A stretch of DNA of 31,465 nucleotides from an uncultured Anaerolineaceae bacterium (GTDB lineage: Bacteria > Chloroflexota > Anaerolineae > Anaerolineales > UBA4823): contig CAZVRZ010000061.1 in assembly GCA_964629965.1 (NCBI GenBank), positions 1-31,465 of the forward strand. The letters are read 5' to 3'. The stretch's first letter is position 1. Every line of letters begins with the position of its first letter. The notes under the pieces were generated by a model that ran no database searches, had not been told where the DNA came from, and saw nothing but the letters and a program-made list of their open reading frames with translations. A program made the position numbers and the translations under genes. This document shows positions 7,525 through 16,987 of this stretch, piece after piece.

Positions 7525-8715
7525 ATGCGTACCAAAATATTGACAGTGCTGCTAATTCTGGCGATTGCCCTTTCGGGCTGCAGCCAAAAGCCCGAGGAAG
7601 TGGGCGGTTTTCAGATCCCGAATGTGGAAAAAGGCAAATTCAACGTTGGCATGGTTCTGATCGGCCCCCATGATGATGGCGGTTGGTCTCAGTCCCACTA
7701 TGAGGGACTCGAGTATGTTGCCAAGAATGTGCCGAACGTACATGTGGCGTATATCGAGAATGTGCCCGAAGGCGCTGACTCGGAGCAGGTTTTCCGCGCT
7801 CTCTCGCGGAAAGGTTTTGACCTGATCATTGGTACATCTTTCGGTTTTGGCGACCCGATGGAAATCGTGGCTGGTGAATTCCCGAAGAGCATGTATGTCC
7901 ACATTAGCGGCATCAAGTCCAATTCAACCAACTTCGGCAACCTGTTCGGCGCCATGGAAGTGATGAAGTATGCGGCTGGGATGCTGGCCGGGGCGCGCGC
8001 TAAGATGGATGGCAACCCCAAGCTGGGTTATATGGCGACCTTCCCCATTCCGGAGGAACTGCGCCTTGGGAATGCCATTGCCCTGGGTATGAAGAAGACC
8101 TGCCCGGAGTGCACCATGGATGTGCGCTGGATCAGTACCTGGCATGATCCCGTGATTGAAAAAGAAGCGGCTGCTTCCCTCTTCGATGCCGGTGCTCAGG
8201 TGGTTTTCACCGGCGCAGATACCCCGGCGGTTGCCGATGTGGCTCAGGAAAAGGGTAAATGGGGCGTGACCTATGACTGGTATGGTTCCTGCAAGGTGGA
8301 TCGCTGCTTGACCGTTCCTTATTGGAATTGGGGCCCGATCTATGCCAAGATCACCGAACAGGTGGCTGCGGGCACCTATAAGCCAGGTTGGGATTATTTC
8401 GATGCGGAAACAGGCGCACTGGGCCTCTACGGCTTTATGGAAGGCCAGTCGCTGCCCATGGGCGTCAAGGAATTACCCGCTGAGGTTGTGGATGAAGTGC
8501 GCTCTATCATTGACAAATCTCTCAAGGGCCAATTCACGCGCTTCGATGTGTTTACCGGCCCGATCATGGATAATCAGGGCAATACCATTGTGCCTGCTGG
8601 CTCGAAGATGGACCAGGCTGACCTGGATCAATTCCCGGAATATGGTTTGGGTTGTAAGTACTGCATGAAGTGGTGGGCAGAAGGCATTACTGCTGAACTG
8701 CCAAAGACCGATTAG
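7525..8715 (+). CDS. BMP family (PnrA/Med-like) ABC transporter substrate-binding lipoprotein, likely a purine-nucleoside-binding protein
   Basis: Lipoprotein signal MRTKILTVLLILAIALSGCSQ (lipobox LSGC). GGAGGAG RBS. ~396 aa periplasmic binding-protein fold with BMP-family hallmarks. Followed by a duplicated-ATPase ABC protein and two permeases, the classic nucleoside-uptake arrangement. Confidence 0.75.
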   Translation: MRTKILTVLLILAIALSGCSQKPEEVGGFQIPNVEKGKFNVGMVLIGPHDDGGWSQSHYEGLEYVAKNVPNVHVAYIENVPEGADSEQVFRALSRKGFDLIIGTSFGFGDPMEIVAGEFPKSMYVHISGIKSNSTNFGNLFGAMEVMKYAAGMLAGARAKMDGNPKLGYMATFPIPEELRLGNAIALGMKKTCPECTMDVRWISTWHDPVIEKEAAASLFDAGAQVVFTGADTPAVADVAQEKGKWGVTYDWYGSCKVDRCLTVPYWNWGPIYAKITEQVAAGTYKPGWDYFDAETGALGLYGFMEGQSLPMGVKELPAEVVDEVRSIIDKSLKGQFTRFDVFTGPIMDNQGNTIVPAGSKMDQADLDQFPEYGLGCKYCMKWWAEGITAELPKTD

Positions 8716-8732
8716 TCAATCCAGTTGAGTAC

Positions 8733-8779
8733 GGTCAGGGTCCGGTTGGCTGCGCAAGCACCCAATCCGGATCCTGACC
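8733..8779 (+). other. Imperfect 13-bp-stem hairpin (GGTCAGGGTCCGG ... CCGGATCCTGACC) between the binding-protein gene and the ABC ATPase gene: possible intra-operon attenuator or mRNA-stabilising stem
   Basis: Inverted repeat with one mismatch and a 21-nt loop, read from the sequence. A weak T-tract follows. Confidence 0.3.
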
Positions 8780-8798
8780 TTGTCTCCGAATATTAGCG

Positions 8799-10439
8799 AT
8801 GGAACAAATCATAGACGGATCAAATCCCCACGACGGTTTAAAATCCCGCGAATCAAGTGAGAGCCAGGAGCTGCCCACGCAAACGCTGGTGGTGGAGATG
8901 CGCGGCGTTATCAAGCGTTTTCCGGGCGTGCTGGCTAATGATCGCGTCGATTTTGAACTGCGCCGGGGTGAAATCCATGCCCTGCTGGGAGAAAACGGCG
9001 CCGGCAAAAGCACGTTGATGAATATCCTGGCGGGTCTCTATCAGGCAGAAGCCGGCAAGATCCTGGTTAAAGGAAAACTGGTCACGTTCCATTCGCCTCG
9101 CGATGCGATCGAGGCCGGGGTGGGGATGGTGCACCAGCATTTTATGCTGGTGCCATCACAATCGGTGACGGAAAATATCTTGCTAGGGTTGAAAGAACCG
9201 CGCTTCCGGCTGCGCCTGGCAGATTATGATCGCCAGATCAATGAGATGGGAGAACACTTTGGGCTGCGTGTAGATGCGCAGGCCAAGGTGTGGCAGCTTT
9301 CTGTTGGCGAGCAGCAGCGGGTGGAATTGTTAAAAATGCTTTACCGGGGGGCAGATATCTTGATCATGGATGAGCCCACCGCCGTGCTGGCTCCTCAGGA
9401 AATCGAGGGTTTGTTTGATACGCTGCGCTCCATGACAGCCGAAGGAAAGTCGGTGATCTTTATCAGCCACAAACTGCATGAAGTGATGGCGATTGCAGAC
9501 CGGGTGACCGTTCTGCGCAAAGGACGGGTGACCGCCGCAGGCGTCAAAACAGCCGATACCAGTCTGCAGGAATTGGCGCGCTTGATGGTTGGACGCGAGG
9601 TTTTGTTCCACATCGAAAGGAAACCTCAGCAGGCGGGAAACGTGGTGCTTTCGATCGACCATGTGCATGCTGAGAATGATAAAGGCCTGGAGGCGCTGAA
9701 GGGGATTTCCCTGGACGTTCACAGCGGCGAGATCGTGGGCCTGGCGGGCGTGGCGGGCAACGGGCAGCGAGAGCTGGCCCAGGTGATCACCGGGCTGCGC
9801 CGCTGCACTCAAGGCAAGATCATGATGAATGATAAAAATATCACCAACCGTTCGGTGGAATACAACATCCGCCAGGGGATTGGTTATGTGCCGGAAGATC
9901 GCACCCAGGTGGGGTCGTCTCCGAATTTGAGTATCACCGATAATGTTATTATGAAACGTTTTCGCCAGTCGCCCATTGCGCGCGGCTGGATGTTGGATAT
10001 GATGCAGGCTGCCCAGTTTGCCTCTGGTTTGCAGAAGGATTATGCCATTGTGGTTCCTTCAGTAGAAACGCCGGTGCGCTTGCTTTCTGGCGGCAACTTA
10101 CAGCGCGTGATCCTGGCGCGTGAGATTTCCGGTGAGCCGGCTGTGATGGTGGCTGTGCAGCCCACTCGAGGCCTGGACGTGGGGGCAATCGAGGGTGTGC
10201 AGCGCTTGCTGCTGCAGCAGCGCGAGGCAGGCGCAGCGATCCTGCTCATGTCTGAAGAATTGGAAGAATTAATCGCTTTGAGCGACCGCATCTGCGTGAT
10301 CTACGAAGGCCGGATCATGGGCGAAATCCGCCAGGGAGCTTTGGACGAAAAGACAGAAATCGAAACGATCGGTTTGATGATGTGCGGCACCCAGCTTGCT
10401 GATATTGACCCGAGTACGGGTGGCCCGAGTACGGGCTAG
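8799..10439 (+). CDS. ABC transporter ATP-binding protein with two fused ATPase domains (nucleoside/sugar type)
   Basis: Walker A GENGAGKST, signature LSVGEQQRVELLK, Walker B ILIMDEPT, a second P-loop GVAGNGQRELAQ and a second signature LSGGNLQRVILARE. The start is uncertain because there is no clear RBS. Confidence 0.8.
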   Translation: MEQIIDGSNPHDGLKSRESSESQELPTQTLVVEMRGVIKRFPGVLANDRVDFELRRGEIHALLGENGAGKSTLMNILAGLYQAEAGKILVKGKLVTFHSPRDAIEAGVGMVHQHFMLVPSQSVTENILLGLKEPRFRLRLADYDRQINEMGEHFGLRVDAQAKVWQLSVGEQQRVELLKMLYRGADILIMDEPTAVLAPQEIEGLFDTLRSMTAEGKSVIFISHKLHEVMAIADRVTVLRKGRVTAAGVKTADTSLQELARLMVGREVLFHIERKPQQAGNVVLSIDHVHAENDKGLEALKGISLDVHSGEIVGLAGVAGNGQRELAQVITGLRRCTQGKIMMNDKNITNRSVEYNIRQGIGYVPEDRTQVGSSPNLSITDNVIMKRFRQSPIARGWMLDMMQAAQFASGLQKDYAIVVPSVETPVRLLSGGNLQRVILAREISGEPAVMVAVQPTRGLDVGAIEGVQRLLLQQREAGAAILLMSEELEELIALSDRICVIYEGRIMGEIRQGALDEKTEIETIGLMMCGTQLADIDPSTGGPSTG

Positions 10440-10460
10440 ACTTACAGAGGGAAGACATGC

Positions 10461-11612
10461 ATGAGCAATCGTGAAGAAGGGCGTGTGCGGTTCAAGTCAC
10501 CGCGGTTCAAACCACCGCTGCGGATCTATTTTGAACCCCGCTTACAGGAACCGCCGAAATGGTATCCGTTGGTGGTGTCGTTAGGCGCAATTGTCTTCGC
10601 CTTATTATTGGGCGCGATTGTGATCGCCTTTGCTGGTGGCGATCCGTGGCGTTCCTATGCTCACATTGCCCAGGCTTCTTTCGGCAGCCTGGGGGTTTTT
10701 TCAGACACCCTGGTGAAGGCTACTCCCCTGATCCTGGTGGGCCTGGCCTGTTCGCTGGCTTTCCGGATGCGCTTGTGGAATATTGGCGCGGAGGGACAAT
10801 TTTTCTTGGGGGCGTTTGGAGCCAGTGCCGTGGTCTTGCTGCCCATTTTGCCGGCAGAGACCTCGCGGTGGATCTTCATCCCGGTGATGATGGTGGTGGG
10901 CACGCTGGCTGGGGCTTTGTGGGGCTTTGTGCCAGGCTTTTTGAAAGCGCGTTTTAATGTCAACGAAGTGATCACCACGTTGATGATGAACTATATTGCT
11001 GTGGCGTGGAACAACTACTTTATTTTCGCCGTGTGGAGCGAAGGCGGTTTTCAAATGAGCCATGTCTTTCCAAAAACGGCCTGGCTGCCGCGCCTGACAG
11101 ACTACGCCAGGCAGGTTCCCTGGCTGTCTGGTTTGACCACCCACCTGGGCTTGATCTTTGGCTTGATGGCGGCGATTGTGGTCTGGCTGATCTTATATCG
11201 TTCTCGCCTGGGGTATGAGATCCGCTTGATCGGCGATAATCCCAAGGCTGCCCGGTATGCGGGTTTGTCTATTACGCGCAATACCGTGCTGGTGATGATG
11301 ATTTCCGGTGGGCTGGCAGGATTGGCAGGCATGTCTGAGATCACGGGGGTGGTGCATCGCTTACAAGGTGCCATTTCGCCGGGATACGGGTTCACCGGTA
11401 TTATTGTGGCCTGGCTTGCTAAGCTCAATCCATTCGTCGTCATCGTTGTTTCGATCTTGTTCGGTGCTCTGATCCTGGCAGGGCGAGAGATCCAGCCATC
11501 CGGCATTCCCAAGATGATCCAAGGGATCATCCTGGTATCTTTGATTGCCAGTGATTTTTTCTTGCGCTATCGTGTGCGCATTGTTCGAGTTGAAGAGCGC
11601 GAGGAGGCCTGA
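10461..11612 (+). CDS. ABC transporter permease (BMP/nucleoside uptake system)
   Basis: 383 aa, multiple hydrophobic helices. Follows the ATPase. GAGGGAAG RBS. Confidence 0.75.
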   Translation: MSNREEGRVRFKSPRFKPPLRIYFEPRLQEPPKWYPLVVSLGAIVFALLLGAIVIAFAGGDPWRSYAHIAQASFGSLGVFSDTLVKATPLILVGLACSLAFRMRLWNIGAEGQFFLGAFGASAVVLLPILPAETSRWIFIPVMMVVGTLAGALWGFVPGFLKARFNVNEVITTLMMNYIAVAWNNYFIFAVWSEGGFQMSHVFPKTAWLPRLTDYARQVPWLSGLTTHLGLIFGLMAAIVVWLILYRSRLGYEIRLIGDNPKAARYAGLSITRNTVLVMMISGGLAGLAGMSEITGVVHRLQGAISPGYGFTGIIVAWLAKLNPFVVIVVSILFGALILAGREIQPSGIPKMIQGIILVSLIASDFFLRYRVRIVRVEEREEA

Positions 11613-11615
11613 TCC

Positions 11616-12584
11616 ATGGATCCGATCATCATACTTCAGGCAGGGGTTGGCACGGGTACGGTGCTCTTGTTTGCCACCCTGGGTGGAATATTCTCGGAAC
11701 GGTCGGGCGTGATGAACCTGGGGATGGAGGGGATGATGCTGATGGGCGCCATGACCGGTTACAGCGTTGCGCTGGCAACACATAATCCCTGGTTGGGTGT
11801 GATCGCGGCGATGCTGGCGGCAGGATTGATCAGCCAGGTGCATGCCTTCATCAGTATTACTCTTCAGGCCGATCAGGTGGTGAGTGGGCTGGCGCTGACT
11901 TTTCTCGGTGCGGGCATGAGCCTGGTGTTGGGCGAAGGCTTGAGCAAGGCGGGAACCGTTTCGCTGCTGCCCAACTTCTCAATCCCTCTATTGCAATCTA
12001 TCCCCTTGCTGGGCCCGATCTTTTTCAAAGATCAGAGTGTAATGGTCTACCTGGGCTACCTGCTGGTACCGTTATCCTGGTATTACATCAATCACACCCG
12101 GCCCGGCTTGCACTTGCGTGCGGTGGGGGAGCATCCTGCAGCAGCCGATTCGCAGGGCATTAACGTTTACCGGCTGCGTTACCTGTATGTATTCGTGGGC
12201 GGCGCCCTGGCCGGCGTGGCTGGCGCCACCATTAGCCTGGCGGTAGCTCCCGGCTGGTTCAGTGAGTTGACCACTGCCGGGCAAGGCTGGATTGCAGTGG
12301 GCCTGGTCATCTTTGCCCAGTGGGACCCTTTCCGGGCTGCTTTTGGCTCTTATACTTTCGGCGCGCTGCGCCGGCTGATCCTGGATATCCAGGGACCCAT
12401 GACGCTGCTGGGTTTTCGCAATCCTTTTTATTACAATCCTTATTGGGGTTTTTTCCTGCAGATGCTGCCCTATGCGTTCACGGTGATCGTTTTGGTGCTG
12501 GTCTCTCGAGAGGCCATGCGGAAGAGGCTGGGCGCCCCGGCAGCTCTGGGCGTCCCCTATATTCGCGGTGAGCGAGGTATGTAG
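11616..12584 (+). CDS. ABC transporter permease (second permease of the BMP system)
   Basis: GAGGAGG RBS. 322-aa polytopic membrane protein. Paired with the preceding permease. Confidence 0.75.
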   Translation: MDPIIILQAGVGTGTVLLFATLGGIFSERSGVMNLGMEGMMLMGAMTGYSVALATHNPWLGVIAAMLAAGLISQVHAFISITLQADQVVSGLALTFLGAGMSLVLGEGLSKAGTVSLLPNFSIPLLQSIPLLGPIFFKDQSVMVYLGYLLVPLSWYYINHTRPGLHLRAVGEHPAAADSQGINVYRLRYLYVFVGGALAGVAGATISLAVAPGWFSELTTAGQGWIAVGLVIFAQWDPFRAAFGSYTFGALRRLILDIQGPMTLLGFRNPFYYNPYWGFFLQMLPYAFTVIVLVLVSREAMRKRLGAPAALGVPYIRGERGM

Positions 12585-12588
12585 CTTT

Positions 12589-13419
12589 ATGGCGCGTTTC
12601 CGGTTGGTAACGCTCAATCTTTCTGTTGACCTGACCTATTGGAGCCAGCGCAAAGAGCTTTTGCGGGAGGGGTTGGCCGAATTAAAGGCGGACGTGATCG
12701 CCCTGCAAGAAGTAAAACTGCCGGAAAACCCCGCTCAATGGCTGGCGGATGCGTTGGCCGAAACCGGCCTGATTTACCAGGTGCACCTGTGTCCTAAGTC
12801 GGGCGAGAAATCGCGACAAGAGGCAATTGCTATTCTGAGCCGGCTGCCGGTTGAGCGGCATGCGATGCTTGACCTGCGGACGCAAAATCGCGTGGCGCAG
12901 TCTGTGCGGGTCGGTTTGGCTGAGGGAAAGTTTGTGACGATCGTTAACGGGCATTTTTATTGGCAGCCAGGCGAGTCTCCTGAGCGTTCCCAACAACTGC
13001 AGCGTTTGCTGGTTTGGTTGGGAACCCTGCCGATGAAAGCGCCATTGGTGGTGTGCGGCGATTTCAATGGATTGCCGGAAACCACCGCAATCCAGTTAAT
13101 GCGCCGTTATTTTAATTCTGCTTATGCCAAGGTGCACGGCCGCGAGCCTGAATATACCTACCCAACGCCTCTGCCGCGTTCCTGGAAGGCCAACGCGATG
13201 GCGTTTTACCAATACCTGCGCCTGTTTCAGCGGTTTCCCGGAACGCAGCAGTCTCAGTCGCACTCCTGGCAGGGCACGCTGGATTATATTTTTGTCAGCC
13301 AGATGCTTGGAGTGAAAGATTGCCAGGTGGTGTTGAACCGGCCTTCCAGTGAAAATGCGCTGATCTATCCAGCGGGTCACTTTGGCCTGATGGCTGATTT
13401 GGAATTGGCTGCTTTATGA
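12589..13419 (+). CDS. Endonuclease/exonuclease/phosphatase (EEP) family protein
   Basis: N-terminal motif VTLNLSVDL...ADVIALQEV (catalytic Glu of the EEP fold) and C-terminal ...DYIFVS...H motifs. The ORF is open from 12568, and the first ATG is 12589. Confidence 0.6.
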   Translation: MARFRLVTLNLSVDLTYWSQRKELLREGLAELKADVIALQEVKLPENPAQWLADALAETGLIYQVHLCPKSGEKSRQEAIAILSRLPVERHAMLDLRTQNRVAQSVRVGLAEGKFVTIVNGHFYWQPGESPERSQQLQRLLVWLGTLPMKAPLVVCGDFNGLPETTAIQLMRRYFNSAYAKVHGREPEYTYPTPLPRSWKANAMAFYQYLRLFQRFPGTQQSQSHSWQGTLDYIFVSQMLGVKDCQVVLNRPSSENALIYPAGHFGLMADLELAAL

Positions 13420-14678
13420 AAGAAAAATTTTTAGGATACCGTTGTTCGTTGTGTCAAAAAGAATACGCTGCGGGTGAGGTCACCTATGTTTGTCCGGCTG
13501 ATGGGGGTAATTTGGACGTGGTGTACGATTATACCGCCCTCAGCAAATCAACTTTCCTGCAAGATACCGCTCAGGATTCCCTGTGGAGTTACCTGCCGCT
13601 GCTGCCGGTGGCGGACCCGGGCGGGTGGGGCACGCCGCTGCGGGCGGCAGGCGGCACACCGGTGTATGCCGTCGAACGCCTGGCGGCTCGCCTGGGACTG
13701 CGATCCCTGTGGGTCAAGGATGAAAGCCGCAACCCCACCGCTTCGTTCAAAGATCGTGCCAGCGCGGTGGTGGTGGCGCGGGCGCTTCAGGTGGGCGCCG
13801 AAGTGGTGGTCACTGCTTCGACCGGCAACGCTGGCGCGGCTCTGGCAGGCATGGCGGCTGCAGTTGGGCAGCGTGCTGTGATCTTTGCCCCGCGCACGGC
13901 GCCCCCGGCCAAGGTGGCGCAACTGCTGGTCTTTGGCGCTCGAGTGATCCTGGTGGATGGCAGCTACGACCAGGCTTTTGACCTGACCATCCAGGCGGCG
14001 CAGGAATTTGGCTGGTACTGCCGCAATACGGGCTACAACCCGTTCACCGTGGAGGGGAAGAAAACCGCGGCGTTGGAAATATGGCATTGGCAGCAGCAAA
14101 ACCAGCAGAACTTGCCGGCCGGCCGGCGCCTAAACATTTTCGTATCCGTTGGGGATGGCAATATCATCTCTGGCGTGCACAAGGGCTTTAAAGATCTGCT
14201 GGCCCTGGGCTGGCTGGATGCCATGCCGCGCCTTTTCGGCGTGCAGGCCGAAGGCTCGGCGGCGGTGGCCAATGCTTTCCGGGCAGGCGTGGAGACGATC
14301 ACGCCGGTGGCGGCGAACACCCTGGCCGACAGCATCTCGGTCGACCTGCCGCGAGATGGCGTGCGGGCGGTGCGGGCGGCCCGCGAGACGGGCGGCGCTT
14401 ACCTGGTGGTCAAAGATGAGGATATCTTGCGGGCTATCGGCGAGCTAGGTGGGGTGGGCATCTTTGCCGAGCCCGCCGGGGCCGCCTCATATGCCGGCGT
14501 GGCCGAAGCGCTGCGCCAGGGGCTGATCGAACCGGACGAGCCGGTGTTGGCGATCAATACGGGCAGCGGTTTGAAAGACGTGCGCGCCGCGATGCAGGCT
14601 GTGCAGCCCGCACCGGTGATCGAACCGGATATGAAAGCCCTGCAGAAGCTGCTTGGGACAACTCACCGATCAATTTGA
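13416..14678 (+). CDS. thrC: Threonine synthase-like PLP enzyme with an N-terminal zinc ribbon
   Basis: CxxC...CP zinc-ribbon (YRCSLCQKEY...YVCPADGG) and the PLP-lysine motif NPTASFKDRAS matching the threonine synthase NPTGSFKDRG signature. ATGA start/stop overlap with the upstream gene. Confidence 0.6.
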   Translation: MKEKFLGYRCSLCQKEYAAGEVTYVCPADGGNLDVVYDYTALSKSTFLQDTAQDSLWSYLPLLPVADPGGWGTPLRAAGGTPVYAVERLAARLGLRSLWVKDESRNPTASFKDRASAVVVARALQVGAEVVVTASTGNAGAALAGMAAAVGQRAVIFAPRTAPPAKVAQLLVFGARVILVDGSYDQAFDLTIQAAQEFGWYCRNTGYNPFTVEGKKTAALEIWHWQQQNQQNLPAGRRLNIFVSVGDGNIISGVHKGFKDLLALGWLDAMPRLFGVQAEGSAAVANAFRAGVETITPVAANTLADSISVDLPRDGVRAVRAARETGGAYLVVKDEDILRAIGELGGVGIFAEPAGAASYAGVAEALRQGLIEPDEPVLAINTGSGLKDVRAAMQAVQPAPVIEPDMKALQKLLGTTHRSI

Positions 14679-14689
14679 TGTGGATTAAT

Positions 14690-15643
14690 ATGACAGAACA
14701 ACCAACTTTCTCAATCATTGCTCCAATATTCAACGAAATAACCAACCTGCCCGAGCTGTACCGCAGGGTGAAAGAGACGATGGAATCGACCGGCGAGACC
14801 TGGGAACTGCTCTTGGTCGACGATGGCTCTACCGATGGCTCCACGGATAGTATCCGCGCATTGGCCGAACAGGATGCCCGGGTGCGCCCGGTGATCCTGG
14901 CACGCAATTTTGGCCACCAGATCGCGGTCACAGCCGGTTTAGACCGGGCACTCGGCCAGGCGGTGACGATCATTGATTCCGACTTGCAAGATCCGCCGGA
15001 AGTGATCCTGGATTTGATCGCGCAATGGCGCCAGGGATATGAGGTGGTCTATGCGGTGCGCGCCGAACGCGAGGGAGAATCCTGGTTCAAGCTTTTCACT
15101 GCATCGCTGTTCTATCGTTTGATCTTCCGCATCACGGATGTCAAAATTCCATTGGATACGGGCGACTTTCGCCTGCTAGACCGGCAAGTGGTTCAGGTGA
15201 TGCAGCAGATGCACGAGCACCATCGTTTCTTGCGCGGTATGTCGGCCTGGGTGGGGTTTCGCCAGGTGGGCGTCCCGTACAAACGCGCCGCTCGCCATGC
15301 CGGCGAGTCTAAATATCCCTTCCGAAAAATGCTCAAGCTGGCGATGACGGCGATCACCGGTTTTTCGTTTTTACCGCTGCAGGTGGCTACCTGGATTGGC
15401 TTTATCGCCGCGGGAATATCACTGGTGGCTATCCCGGTGGTGACGATCTTGCGATTGGCCGGTTCTCAAGCTTTTTTTGGACAGGCTTCGGTGCTGATTG
15501 CGGTGCTGTTCTTTGGCGGCGTGCAGTTGATTTCCCTGGGAATCTTAGGGGAATATATTGGCCGGATCTATGATGAAGTGCGCGGCCGTCCGTTGTACAT
15601 TGTGAGGGATGATTGCGGAAGCTTGCCAACAGTGGTAAGATAG
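14690..15643 (+). CDS. Family 2 glycosyltransferase, polyprenyl-phosphate sugar transferase type (GtrB/ArnC/DPM1-like) with C-terminal transmembrane helices
   Basis: FSIIAPIFNE...LLLVDDGSTDGS GT-A motifs, a DxD-like IIDSDLQD, and two C-terminal TM helices. Alternative in-frame starts are ATG 14678 or TTG 14675. Confidence 0.75.
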   Translation: MTEQPTFSIIAPIFNEITNLPELYRRVKETMESTGETWELLLVDDGSTDGSTDSIRALAEQDARVRPVILARNFGHQIAVTAGLDRALGQAVTIIDSDLQDPPEVILDLIAQWRQGYEVVYAVRAEREGESWFKLFTASLFYRLIFRITDVKIPLDTGDFRLLDRQVVQVMQQMHEHHRFLRGMSAWVGFRQVGVPYKRAARHAGESKYPFRKMLKLAMTAITGFSFLPLQVATWIGFIAAGISLVAIPVVTILRLAGSQAFFGQASVLIAVLFFGGVQLISLGILGEYIGRIYDEVRGRPLYIVRDDCGSLPTVVR

Positions 15644-16227
15644 TAATACCTCGGCGGTACAGAATACTGCGGCTGTGTTGGGTGTGGTTAATCCTTGCGG
15701 GAGTATTTTTGTCGTCCTGTGAGTTGGGCGGGGATGCTTCTAAGCAAGATAACTCGGTTGTCCTGGCAGAATTCGAAGAGAATCATGTGCAGGTCACCAT
15801 CCGGCTTGAGTGGCAGGACAGCGGCGCTTCAGAGTACCGCAGCGATATGGTTTTGGCAGGCGTTTTTACGCCCAGCCGGGCAGGATATCATCTATACAGT
15901 AAGGATCTGCCTCGCAACGGAGTGGATGGCTTGGGTCGTCCAACTTTGCTGGAGTTGGCGACTGGTTCAAAAATGCAGGTGGTTGGCGCTTTGCAAGAAA
16001 GCCCGCCCATCCAGGCAGAGCCGGCTGTTGTGGATTATCCCGATCTGAAGGTGTATCCTGCCGGCCCGGTGACGCTGCGCTTGCCAGTCCAACTGCCGCA
16101 AACCGGTGCGGAGCTGGTTGACGAGGTATCTGTAACCTATATGGCATGCAAGAACACGGTCTGCGATCGCCCGGTGATCGATAAGATCATCACCGTAACG
16201 ATCCCGGCGGATCTTGGGTCAGAGTAA
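15613..16227 (+). CDS. Hypothetical secreted lipoprotein
   Basis: Predicted signal peptide with a positively charged n-region, hydrophobic core LCWVWLILAGVFL and lipobox LSSC. Two conserved-looking Cys near the C-terminus (ACKNTVCDRP). The start (TTG 15613 or GTG 15682) is uncertain. Confidence 0.45.
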   Translation: MRKLANSGKIVIPRRYRILRLCWVWLILAGVFLSSCELGGDASKQDNSVVLAEFEENHVQVTIRLEWQDSGASEYRSDMVLAGVFTPSRAGYHLYSKDLPRNGVDGLGRPTLLELATGSKMQVVGALQESPPIQAEPAVVDYPDLKVYPAGPVTLRLPVQLPQTGAELVDEVSVTYMACKNTVCDRPVIDKIITVTIPADLGSE

Positions 16228-16254
16228 ACGCTGGTAACGAAGAGGGAATGCTAT

Positions 16255-16965
16255 TTGAGGAAAAATTTGGTTCCCACCGCCTCGTTGGGGAGTGCGGCCA
16301 TCTTCCTGGTTGGATTGAGCCTGGCTTGTGGCATTGTCCCTCAGGCGCTTTTGCCTAATTCCACACCGACCATCACAACCGTATTCACCGGTACTGCCTT
16401 GCCCACCTCGACTGCCATGATCATGGCTGCGGTCATGCCCACCTTGACTCTCACCCAGGCGAACACGCCTTCGCCAACATTTACCGACACGACCGCGCCG
16501 CCCACGGCAACTGCTACGAAGACTGCCACCGTGGCGCTGACGCCTCCTCCCGAAGGTTTCCTGGCGTGGGATATCTATCCGGACAACGGCGCCCTGACCG
16601 AACAATTGTTTGCGCATACGCAGCTTGCCCTGGCGATGGGTCTGATGCCTTATGTTGAATTTACTGCCACCTGGTGCCCGGCCTGCCAGGCTATTGAAAG
16701 AAGCCTGTCTGATGGGAATGAATTGATGGTGGATGCTTGCCAGGGCACTTATATCATCCGGGTGGATGTGGATGCCTGGGATTGGAACGAGCGGGAAAAG
16801 GCTGGCTTCGAAGTGGAATTTATTCCCATCTTCTACTTGCTCGATCGAGAAGGCCAGCCAACCGGAAACACGATCGGGGGCGACGCCTGGGGTGACAATA
16901 TCCCTGCGAACATGGCCCCACCTTTAAAGGAATTCTTTCAGGCCCATGGTGTGATTGGCCGATAG
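16255..16965 (+). CDS. Secreted or membrane-anchored thioredoxin-fold protein (WCPAC active site) with a Thr/Pro-rich linker
   Basis: N-terminal signal/anchor, a ~70-aa low-complexity T/P/A-rich region, then FTATWCPACQAIE, a CxxC thioredoxin-like motif. TTG start with AGAGGGA upstream. Confidence 0.6.
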   Translation: MRKNLVPTASLGSAAIFLVGLSLACGIVPQALLPNSTPTITTVFTGTALPTSTAMIMAAVMPTLTLTQANTPSPTFTDTTAPPTATATKTATVALTPPPEGFLAWDIYPDNGALTEQLFAHTQLALAMGLMPYVEFTATWCPACQAIERSLSDGNELMVDACQGTYIIRVDVDAWDWNEREKAGFEVEFIPIFYLLDREGQPTGNTIGGDAWGDNIPANMAPPLKEFFQAHGVIGR

Positions 16966-16987
16966 TCATTAAACGAAAAGGAGATCT

